A DNA stretch of 10,214 nucleotides. It comes from Naegleria gruberi (taxonomy: Eukaryota). Every line of letters starts with the position of its first letter. The first letter of the stretch is position 1. Positions 1 through 8,741 of the stretch are shown one piece after another. The notes under the pieces were generated by a model. It searched no databases and was not told the DNA's origin. It was given only the letters and a program-made list of their open reading frames with translations. The position numbers and the translations under genes are program-made. The stretch is from assembly GCA_000004985.1 (NCBI GenBank), contig GG739011.1. One strand, 5' to 3'.

Positions 1-1
1 G

Positions 2-919
2 ATCTGCATATAAATATTTGATACAATTTACAACACCATAGTATACATATTGGTCCTGTTCAGTATCATTTTCATCAATTATTGGTTGTTGAGTTTTGAA
101 ATATTTACATCTGGTTTGAATTTGATCGTATGAAAGACATTCTTGACCACATAATTTCAGTATTTCAGTTGTATAATTGTATTGTTCTTTTGTAAACTGT
201 TTGGATTTCAACATCATGAAACTATGCCATTCTAATTCATTAGCGAATGGAGCAAACTTATTTGAAGGATCAGTTACTTTGTATGGGTTGTTGACAGAAA
301 AATTTTCTAAAACTAAATCTTCAATATCTTCATAAGGATTGACATCTTTCAAATTGATATCAGTATCATTTTGAATTTGTGAGATTTTCCACTTAATATC
401 TGTTAGCTCTGTATTTTTATCAGTTGGTGTCCATGTTGATTCAAAACCTCCACACTCCAATGTATCATTTTGAGGAGTAATGACATGCTGTAAAGATGTA
501 TTTGTAGAGGAGCTGAGCTTTACTGGTTTTTCTGGTTTAGATAAACATAATCTCTTTAACGGTTGATGTTCTATCGCGCTCTTTGTGTTGGTTTGATGTT
601 TAAAATTGATATGATCGACATATTCCTCCATTGTGGTGTAATGTTTATCACAACACACTTTTGGAAACTTGATGGAATGTTCTTTTGTAATATGTTTCAA
701 CAACGTTTCAGATTTGACACAACTATAATCACATAAACAACATCCAAGTTTTTCCTTAGTAAAATTTTTACACTCAGAGTTTTCACAGTTACATTTAATT
801 TGAATCTTGAATTTTGCACTTGAAATTGGTTGGTAAAATACTGTGTGTAAAGATTTCTTGCAAGAATCACAGCGTCTTTCAAAATAGATACCTTGTTCCT
901 TGTTATTTTGTAAAGACAT
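2..919 (-). CDS. Cys/His-rich protein with two tandem C2H2-type zinc fingers; 3'-partial, C-terminus lies beyond window start
   Basis: Hand translation of the minus strand from ATG (plus 919-917) to position 2 gives 306 codons with no stop in ~70% AT DNA: MSLQNNKEQGIYFERRCDSCKKSLHTVFYQPISSAKFKIQIKCNCENSECKNFTKEKLGCCLCDYSCVKSETLLKHITKEHSIKFPKVCCDKHYTTMEEYVDHINFKHQTNTKSAIEHQPLKRLCLSKPEKPVKLSSSTNTSLQHVITPQNDTLECGGFESTWTPTDKNTELTDIKWKISQIQNDTDINLKDVNPYEDIEDLVLENFSVNNPYKVTDPSNKFAPFANELEWHSFMMLKSKQFTKEQYNYTTEILKLCGQECLSYDQIQTRCKYFKTQQPIIDENDTEQDQYVYYGVVNCIKYLYAD. Finger 1 (plus 677..742) is C-x2-C-x12-H-x4-H (CCLCDYSCVKSETLLKHITKEH). Finger 2 (596..655) is CCDKHYTTMEEYVDHINFKH. Two further clusters, C-x2-C and C-x-C-x4-C, lie upstream. 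The start has an A-rich context (gaaaaaaaATGtc). Caveat: the same frame stays open upstream through 997 into the mask, so the true start could be further 5'. Confidence 0.7.
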   Translation of the reverse strand, partial: MSLQNNKEQGIYFERRCDSCKKSLHTVFYQPISSAKFKIQIKCNCENSECKNFTKEKLGCCLCDYSCVKSETLLKHITKEHSIKFPKVCCDKHYTTMEEYVDHINFKHQTNTKSAIEHQPLKRLCLSKPEKPVKLSSSTNTSLQHVITPQNDTLECGGFESTWTPTDKNTELTDIKWKISQIQNDTDINLKDVNPYEDIEDLVLENFSVNNPYKVTDPSNKFAPFANELEWHSFMMLKSKQFTKEQYNYTTEILKLCGQECLSYDQIQTRCKYFKTQQPIIDENDTEQDQYVYYGVVNCIKYLYAD

Positions 920-977
920 TTTTTTTCGTCTAAAAACTGGCTTTCGACTGAAAATTCGAATCAAAAAAAAACAATAA
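920..977. promoter_or_regulatory. 58-bp divergent intergenic region between the minus-strand ATG (919) and the plus-strand ATG (978); putative bidirectional promoter / 5'UTRs
   Basis: Position only: it is flanked by two oppositely oriented start codons and is A/T-rich with poly-A/poly-T runs (ttttttcgtctaaaaactggctttcgactgaaaattcgaatcaaaaaaaaacaataa). I recognise no specific motif in it. Confidence 0.3.
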
Positions 978-984
978 ATGCCAG
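978..984 (+). CDS. Putative mini first exon (ATG CCA G) followed by a consensus 5' splice donor; rest of gene masked
   Basis: The sequence aataaATGccagGTAAGTa has an ATG with A at -3, and the seven nucleotides ATGCCAG run straight into an exact 9/9 match to the MAG|GTRAGT donor consensus (CAG|GTAAGT, donor GT at 985-986). Everything downstream is N. Confidence 0.3.
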
Positions 985-997
985 GTAAGTACTTCCA

Positions 998-2479
998 NNN
1001 NNNNNNNNNNNNNNNNNNNNNNNNNNNNNNNNNNNNNNNNNNNNNNNNNNNNNNNNNNNNNNNNNNNNNNNNNNNNNNNNNNNNNNNNNNNNNNNNNNNN
1101 NNNNNNNNNNNNNNNNNNNNNNNNNNNNNNNNNNNNNNNNNNNNNNNNNNNNNNNNNNNNNNNNNNNNNNNNNNNNNNNNNNNNNNNNNNNNNNNNNNNN
1201 NNNNNNNNNNNNNNNNNNNNNNNNNNNNNNNNNNNNNNNNNNNNNNNNNNNNNNNNNNNNNNNNNNNNNNNNNNNNNNNNNNNNNNNNNNNNNNNNNNNN
1301 NNNNNNNNNNNNNNNNNNNNNNNNNNNNNNNNNNNNNNNNNNNNNNNNNNNNNNNNNNNNNNNNNNNNNNNNNNNNNNNNNNNNNNNNNNNNNNNNNNNN
1401 NNNNNNNNNNNNNNNNNNNNNNNNNNNNNNNNNNNNNNNNNNNNNNNNNNNNNNNNNNNNNNNNNNNNNNNNNNNNNNNNNNNNNNNNNNNNNNNNNNNN
1501 NNNNNNNNNNNNNNNNNNNNNNNNNNNNNNNNNNNNNNNNNNNNNNNNNNNNNNNNNNNNNNNNNNNNNNNNNNNNNNNNNNNNNNNNNNNNNNNNNNNN
1601 NNNNNNNNNNNNNNNNNNNNNNNNNNNNNNNNNNNNNNNNNNNNNNNNNNNNNNNNNNNNNNNNNNNNNNNNNNNNNNNNNNNNNNNNNNNNNNNNNNNN
1701 NNNNNNNNNNNNNNNNNNNNNNNNNNNNNNNNNNNNNNNNNNNNNNNNNNNNNNNNNNNNNNNNNNNNNNNNNNNNNNNNNNNNNNNNNNNNNNNNNNNN
1801 NNNNNNNNNNNNNNNNNNNNNNNNNNNNNNNNNNNNNNNNNNNNNNNNNNNNNNNNNNNNNNNNNNNNNNNNNNNNNNNNNNNNNNNNNNNNNNNNNNNN
1901 NNNNNNNNNNNNNNNNNNNNNNNNNNNNNNNNNNNNNNNNNNNNNNNNNNNNNNNNNNNNNNNNNNNNNNNNNNNNNNNNNNNNNNNNNNNNNNNNNNNN
2001 NNNNNNNNNNNNNNNNNNNNNNNNNNNNNNNNNNNNNNNNNNNNNNNNNNNNNNNNNNNNNNNNNNNNNNNNNNNNNNNNNNNNNNNNNNNNNNNNNNNN
2101 NNNNNNNNNNNNNNNNNNNNNNNNNNNNNNNNNNNNNNNNNNNNNNNNNNNNNNNNNNNNNNNNNNNNNNNNNNNNNNNNNNNNNNNNNNNNNNNNNNNN
2201 NNNNNNNNNNNNNNNNNNNNNNNNNNNNNNNNNNNNNNNNNNNNNNNNNNNNNNNNNNNNNNNNNNNNNNNNNNNNNNNNNNNNNNNNNNNNNNNNNNNN
2301 NNNNNNNNNNNNNNNNNNNNNNNNNNNNNNNNNNNNNNNNNNNNNNNNNNNNNNNNNNNNNNNNNNNNNNNNNNNNNNNNNNNNNNNNNNNNNNNNNNNN
2401 NNNNNNNNNNNNNNNNNNNNNNNNNNNNNNNNNNNNNNNNNNNNNNNNNNNNNNNNNNNNNNNNNNNNNNNNNNNNNNN
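998..2479. other. Run of 1482 N (masked/unknown bases)
   Basis: Literal n characters. No content can be inferred. ORF-track entries spanning it are artifacts. Confidence 1.
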
Positions 2480-3517
2480 AATCCAACAAGTAATAGAAAA
2501 TTAAATAATTTTACATTTGATTTTAATTCATTTCCATATTTAAAATATTTATTTCTTGATATTACCTATATTTATACATTGGAATCAATTAGTAATGTAT
2601 TAAATTCAAATAATATTTCAAAATTACAAGAATTTGGATTTGGAACTAATAGAAAATTTATTGAAAAATTACAATTTAATTCTAGTGAAAATTTAAAAAA
2701 TTTAAAAAAATTATTTTTAAATAGAACCGAAATGATGACAAATATAGATAATCTTCCTTCATTAGAATTATTATATATAGATGAATATGAAAAAAAGTTT
2801 TATTCCACTGCAAACTATTCAAAACCATGGAATTTAGCATCTAATGTGAAAATGCCATCTCTAAAATATTTACATTTAAATCTTATAAATGAAACTCATT
2901 TACCTGATAGATTAAATGTGGAATCATTTAAAAATATTAAATATTTTTATTTTGAATCTCAATATAATATTGATTTATCAGAATTGAGTAAATTAAATTT
3001 AGAAATATTAATTCTTAAAATTTCTTTAAAATATAACAAGAATATATTTCATCACATTTCTAAAATATCAACCTTGAGAGATTTAACATTTCGTAAGCCT
3101 ATTTGGGATATTGATTTGAAATTACTTTGTAAATTACCAAATTTAGAATATCTTAATATTAGATTGGAATTTAAAAGTGAAATATCTTTTACTTTTAATT
3201 CACTAACTACACTCTCAATTTATTCAGATAATTTGAAAGGATTAAACTTTTTTCAAATATCAAATTTACCAAAATTGAAAACTTTAATAATTCGTAATGA
3301 TTTGGATAATAACCATACGTGGTGGTTGCAACCATTATTTCCAAATTTACAAATAATTAAAGCAAGTTATACCAGTTTTGGAATATTTTTAGCATCTCAA
3401 TATAATGATGGTATGAATTTTGGTGAGTATGAGGTTTCACAAAGAACAGCAACTCATTTACAAAATGAATATGTATGGCTCTTTCCAAAAAAATTTATTT
3501 TTGGCAATGCTCAATAA
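2480..3517 (+). CDS. Leucine-rich repeat (LRR) protein; 5'-partial, reading frame enters from the masked region
   Basis: The frame is open from the first unmasked base (2480, NPTSNRKLNNFTFDFNSFPYLKYLFLDITYIYTLESISNV...) to TAA at 3515-3517, 345 codons. The track's start at 2579 is a TTG, not a real start; the first in-frame ATG is near 2730. Repeated LxxLxLxxN-type segments include NLKNLKKLFLNRT, NLPSLELLYIDEY, MPSLKYLHLNLINET, LSKLNLEILILKISL, LPNLEYLNIRLEF, LTTLSIYSDNLKGLNFFQISNLPKLKTLIIRND and FPNLQIIKASY. GC is very low (about 15-28% in hand-counted 60-nt samples), with codon bias toward TTA, AAT, AAA and ATT. Confidence 0.7.
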   Translation, partial: NPTSNRKLNNFTFDFNSFPYLKYLFLDITYIYTLESISNVLNSNNISKLQEFGFGTNRKFIEKLQFNSSENLKNLKKLFLNRTEMMTNIDNLPSLELLYIDEYEKKFYSTANYSKPWNLASNVKMPSLKYLHLNLINETHLPDRLNVESFKNIKYFYFESQYNIDLSELSKLNLEILILKISLKYNKNIFHHISKISTLRDLTFRKPIWDIDLKLLCKLPNLEYLNIRLEFKSEISFTFNSLTTLSIYSDNLKGLNFFQISNLPKLKTLIIRNDLDNNHTWWLQPLFPNLQIIKASYTSFGIFLASQYNDGMNFGEYEVSQRTATHLQNEYVWLFPKKFIFGNAQ

Positions 3518-3555
3518 TGTTTGTAAACATTTCATATTATGGAATGCTAAGGAGA

Positions 3556-6500
3556 NNNNNNNNNNNNNNNNNNNNNNNNNNNNNNNNNNNNNNNNNNNNN
3601 NNNNNNNNNNNNNNNNNNNNNNNNNNNNNNNNNNNNNNNNNNNNNNNNNNNNNNNNNNNNNNNNNNNNNNNNNNNNNNNNNNNNNNNNNNNNNNNNNNNN
3701 NNNNNNNNNNNNNNNNNNNNNNNNNNNNNNNNNNNNNNNNNNNNNNNNNNNNNNNNNNNNNNNNNNNNNNNNNNNNNNNNNNNNNNNNNNNNNNNNNNNN
3801 NNNNNNNNNNNNNNNNNNNNNNNNNNNNNNNNNNNNNNNNNNNNNNNNNNNNNNNNNNNNNNNNNNNNNNNNNNNNNNNNNNNNNNNNNNNNNNNNNNNN
3901 NNNNNNNNNNNNNNNNNNNNNNNNNNNNNNNNNNNNNNNNNNNNNNNNNNNNNNNNNNNNNNNNNNNNNNNNNNNNNNNNNNNNNNNNNNNNNNNNNNNN
4001 NNNNNNNNNNNNNNNNNNNNNNNNNNNNNNNNNNNNNNNNNNNNNNNNNNNNNNNNNNNNNNNNNNNNNNNNNNNNNNNNNNNNNNNNNNNNNNNNNNNN
4101 NNNNNNNNNNNNNNNNNNNNNNNNNNNNNNNNNNNNNNNNNNNNNNNNNNNNNNNNNNNNNNNNNNNNNNNNNNNNNNNNNNNNNNNNNNNNNNNNNNNN
4201 NNNNNNNNNNNNNNNNNNNNNNNNNNNNNNNNNNNNNNNNNNNNNNNNNNNNNNNNNNNNNNNNNNNNNNNNNNNNNNNNNNNNNNNNNNNNNNNNNNNN
4301 NNNNNNNNNNNNNNNNNNNNNNNNNNNNNNNNNNNNNNNNNNNNNNNNNNNNNNNNNNNNNNNNNNNNNNNNNNNNNNNNNNNNNNNNNNNNNNNNNNNN
4401 NNNNNNNNNNNNNNNNNNNNNNNNNNNNNNNNNNNNNNNNNNNNNNNNNNNNNNNNNNNNNNNNNNNNNNNNNNNNNNNNNNNNNNNNNNNNNNNNNNNN
4501 NNNNNNNNNNNNNNNNNNNNNNNNNNNNNNNNNNNNNNNNNNNNNNNNNNNNNNNNNNNNNNNNNNNNNNNNNNNNNNNNNNNNNNNNNNNNNNNNNNNN
4601 NNNNNNNNNNNNNNNNNNNNNNNNNNNNNNNNNNNNNNNNNNNNNNNNNNNNNNNNNNNNNNNNNNNNNNNNNNNNNNNNNNNNNNNNNNNNNNNNNNNN
4701 NNNNNNNNNNNNNNNNNNNNNNNNNNNNNNNNNNNNNNNNNNNNNNNNNNNNNNNNNNNNNNNNNNNNNNNNNNNNNNNNNNNNNNNNNNNNNNNNNNNN
4801 NNNNNNNNNNNNNNNNNNNNNNNNNNNNNNNNNNNNNNNNNNNNNNNNNNNNNNNNNNNNNNNNNNNNNNNNNNNNNNNNNNNNNNNNNNNNNNNNNNNN
4901 NNNNNNNNNNNNNNNNNNNNNNNNNNNNNNNNNNNNNNNNNNNNNNNNNNNNNNNNNNNNNNNNNNNNNNNNNNNNNNNNNNNNNNNNNNNNNNNNNNNN
5001 NNNNNNNNNNNNNNNNNNNNNNNNNNNNNNNNNNNNNNNNNNNNNNNNNNNNNNNNNNNNNNNNNNNNNNNNNNNNNNNNNNNNNNNNNNNNNNNNNNNN
5101 NNNNNNNNNNNNNNNNNNNNNNNNNNNNNNNNNNNNNNNNNNNNNNNNNNNNNNNNNNNNNNNNNNNNNNNNNNNNNNNNNNNNNNNNNNNNNNNNNNNN
5201 NNNNNNNNNNNNNNNNNNNNNNNNNNNNNNNNNNNNNNNNNNNNNNNNNNNNNNNNNNNNNNNNNNNNNNNNNNNNNNNNNNNNNNNNNNNNNNNNNNNN
5301 NNNNNNNNNNNNNNNNNNNNNNNNNNNNNNNNNNNNNNNNNNNNNNNNNNNNNNNNNNNNNNNNNNNNNNNNNNNNNNNNNNNNNNNNNNNNNNNNNNNN
5401 NNNNNNNNNNNNNNNNNNNNNNNNNNNNNNNNNNNNNNNNNNNNNNNNNNNNNNNNNNNNNNNNNNNNNNNNNNNNNNNNNNNNNNNNNNNNNNNNNNNN
5501 NNNNNNNNNNNNNNNNNNNNNNNNNNNNNNNNNNNNNNNNNNNNNNNNNNNNNNNNNNNNNNNNNNNNNNNNNNNNNNNNNNNNNNNNNNNNNNNNNNNN
5601 NNNNNNNNNNNNNNNNNNNNNNNNNNNNNNNNNNNNNNNNNNNNNNNNNNNNNNNNNNNNNNNNNNNNNNNNNNNNNNNNNNNNNNNNNNNNNNNNNNNN
5701 NNNNNNNNNNNNNNNNNNNNNNNNNNNNNNNNNNNNNNNNNNNNNNNNNNNNNNNNNNNNNNNNNNNNNNNNNNNNNNNNNNNNNNNNNNNNNNNNNNNN
5801 NNNNNNNNNNNNNNNNNNNNNNNNNNNNNNNNNNNNNNNNNNNNNNNNNNNNNNNNNNNNNNNNNNNNNNNNNNNNNNNNNNNNNNNNNNNNNNNNNNNN
5901 NNNNNNNNNNNNNNNNNNNNNNNNNNNNNNNNNNNNNNNNNNNNNNNNNNNNNNNNNNNNNNNNNNNNNNNNNNNNNNNNNNNNNNNNNNNNNNNNNNNN
6001 NNNNNNNNNNNNNNNNNNNNNNNNNNNNNNNNNNNNNNNNNNNNNNNNNNNNNNNNNNNNNNNNNNNNNNNNNNNNNNNNNNNNNNNNNNNNNNNNNNNN
6101 NNNNNNNNNNNNNNNNNNNNNNNNNNNNNNNNNNNNNNNNNNNNNNNNNNNNNNNNNNNNNNNNNNNNNNNNNNNNNNNNNNNNNNNNNNNNNNNNNNNN
6201 NNNNNNNNNNNNNNNNNNNNNNNNNNNNNNNNNNNNNNNNNNNNNNNNNNNNNNNNNNNNNNNNNNNNNNNNNNNNNNNNNNNNNNNNNNNNNNNNNNNN
6301 NNNNNNNNNNNNNNNNNNNNNNNNNNNNNNNNNNNNNNNNNNNNNNNNNNNNNNNNNNNNNNNNNNNNNNNNNNNNNNNNNNNNNNNNNNNNNNNNNNNN
6401 NNNNNNNNNNNNNNNNNNNNNNNNNNNNNNNNNNNNNNNNNNNNNNNNNNNNNNNNNNNNNNNNNNNNNNNNNNNNNNNNNNNNNNNNNNNNNNNNNNNN

Positions 6501-8735
6501 NNNNNNNNNNNNNNNNNNNNNNNNNNNNNNNNNNNNNNNNNNNNNNNNNNNNNNNNNNNNNNNNNNNNNNNNNNNNNNNNNNNNNNNNNNNNNNNNNNNN
6601 NNNNNNNNNNNNNNNNNNNNNNNNNNNNNNNNNNNNNNNNNNNNNNNNNNNNNNNNNNNNNNNNNNNNNNNNNNNNNNNNNNNNNNNNNNNNNNNNNNNN
6701 NNNNNNNNNNNNNNNNNNNNNNNNNNNNNNNNNNNNNNNNNNNNNNNNNNNNNNNNNNNNNNNNNNNNNNNNNNNNNNNNNNNNNNNNNNNNNNNNNNNN
6801 NNNNNNNNNNNNNNNNNNNNNNNNNNNNNNNNNNNNNNNNNNNNNNNNNNNNNNNNNNNNNNNNNNNNNNNNNNNNNNNNNNNNNNNNNNNNNNNNNNNN
6901 NNNNNNNNNNNNNNNNNNNNNNNNNNNNNNNNNNNNNNNNNNNNNNNNNNNNNNNNNNNNNNNNNNNNNNNNNNNNNNNNNNNNNNNNNNNNNNNNNNNN
7001 NNNNNNNNNNNNNNNNNNNNNNNNNNNNNNNNNNNNNNNNNNNNNNNNNNNNNNNNNNNNNNNNNNNNNNNNNNNNNNNNNNNNNNNNNNNNNNNNNNNN
7101 NNNNNNNNNNNNNNNNNNNNNNNNNNNNNNNNNNNNNNNNNNNNNNNNNNNNNNNNNNNNNNNNNNNNNNNNNNNNNNNNNNNNNNNNNNNNNNNNNNNN
7201 NNNNNNNNNNNNNNNNNNNNNNNNNNNNNNNNNNNNNNNNNNNNNNNNNNNNNNNNNNNNNNNNNNNNNNNNNNNNNNNNNNNNNNNNNNNNNNNNNNNN
7301 NNNNNNNNNNNNNNNNNNNNNNNNNNNNNNNNNNNNNNNNNNNNNNNNNNNNNNNNNNNNNNNNNNNNNNNNNNNNNNNNNNNNNNNNNNNNNNNNNNNN
7401 NNNNNNNNNNNNNNNNNNNNNNNNNNNNNNNNNNNNNNNNNNNNNNNNNNNNNNNNNNNNNNNNNNNNNNNNNNNNNNNNNNNNNNNNNNNNNNNNNNNN
7501 NNNNNNNNNNNNNNNNNNNNNNNNNNNNNNNNNNNNNNNNNNNNNNNNNNNNNNNNNNNNNNNNNNNNNNNNNNNNNNNNNNNNNNNNNNNNNNNNNNNN
7601 NNNNNNNNNNNNNNNNNNNNNNNNNNNNNNNNNNNNNNNNNNNNNNNNNNNNNNNNNNNNNNNNNNNNNNNNNNNNNNNNNNNNNNNNNNNNNNNNNNNN
7701 NNNNNNNNNNNNNNNNNNNNNNNNNNNNNNNNNNNNNNNNNNNNNNNNNNNNNNNNNNNNNNNNNNNNNNNNNNNNNNNNNNNNNNNNNNNNNNNNNNNN
7801 NNNNNNNNNNNNNNNNNNNNNNNNNNNNNNNNNNNNNNNNNNNNNNNNNNNNNNNNNNNNNNNNNNNNNNNNNNNNNNNNNNNNNNNNNNNNNNNNNNNN
7901 NNNNNNNNNNNNNNNNNNNNNNNNNNNNNNNNNNNNNNNNNNNNNNNNNNNNNNNNNNNNNNNNNNNNNNNNNNNNNNNNNNNNNNNNNNNNNNNNNNNN
8001 NNNNNNNNNNNNNNNNNNNNNNNNNNNNNNNNNNNNNNNNNNNNNNNNNNNNNNNNNNNNNNNNNNNNNNNNNNNNNNNNNNNNNNNNNNNNNNNNNNNN
8101 NNNNNNNNNNNNNNNNNNNNNNNNNNNNNNNNNNNNNNNNNNNNNNNNNNNNNNNNNNNNNNNNNNNNNNNNNNNNNNNNNNNNNNNNNNNNNNNNNNNN
8201 NNNNNNNNNNNNNNNNNNNNNNNNNNNNNNNNNNNNNNNNNNNNNNNNNNNNNNNNNNNNNNNNNNNNNNNNNNNNNNNNNNNNNNNNNNNNNNNNNNNN
8301 NNNNNNNNNNNNNNNNNNNNNNNNNNNNNNNNNNNNNNNNNNNNNNNNNNNNNNNNNNNNNNNNNNNNNNNNNNNNNNNNNNNNNNNNNNNNNNNNNNNN
8401 NNNNNNNNNNNNNNNNNNNNNNNNNNNNNNNNNNNNNNNNNNNNNNNNNNNNNNNNNNNNNNNNNNNNNNNNNNNNNNNNNNNNNNNNNNNNNNNNNNNN
8501 NNNNNNNNNNNNNNNNNNNNNNNNNNNNNNNNNNNNNNNNNNNNNNNNNNNNNNNNNNNNNNNNNNNNNNNNNNNNNNNNNNNNNNNNNNNNNNNNNNNN
8601 NNNNNNNNNNNNNNNNNNNNNNNNNNNNNNNNNNNNNNNNNNNNNNNNNNNNNNNNNNNNNNNNNNNNNNNNNNNNNNNNNNNNNNNNNNNNNNNNNNNN
8701 NNNNNNNNNNNNNNNNNNNNNNNNNNNNNNNNNNN
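3556..8735. other. Run of 5180 N (masked/unknown bases)
   Basis: Literal n characters. It lies directly upstream of the carbamate kinase fragment, so it must contain at least the N-terminal part of that gene. Confidence 1.
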
Positions 8736-8741
8736 AAATGA

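Noticed and set aside
602-609. AAAATTGA octamers (602-609 and 9728-9735), reminiscent of the giant-virus early promoter motif
   Set aside because: About 0.7 occurrences are expected by chance in ~3.5 kb of ~70% AT sequence on two strands. One copy is inside a coding region on the wrong strand, and the GTAAGT intron signal argues for a cellular nuclear genome.
697-882. 61-aa minus-strand ORF (MKDAVILARNLYTQYF...)
   Set aside because: It begins at a TTG and lies in a different frame, fully inside the 306-codon stop-free minus ORF 919..2, which has a proper ATG and zinc-finger motifs. It is a shadow frame.
940-965. TTCGAATC (953-960), which resembles a tRNA T-loop
   Set aside because: It has no flanking acceptor or T-stem complementarity and no D- or anticodon-arm structure in the surrounding ~75 nt; it sits in A/T-rich spacer.
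998-2479. First N run is exactly 1482 nt (a multiple of 3)
   Set aside because: Mask lengths carry no biological information.
930-2504. ORF-track entries 930..2489 (-) and 978..2504 (+), composed almost entirely of X
   Set aside because: These are artifacts of translating the N run. The unmasked tails (EVLTWHLLFFFDSNFQSKASF, IQQVIEN) are short and featureless. Only the ATG-CCAG-GTAAGT start of 978..2504 is retained, as a separate low-confidence feature.
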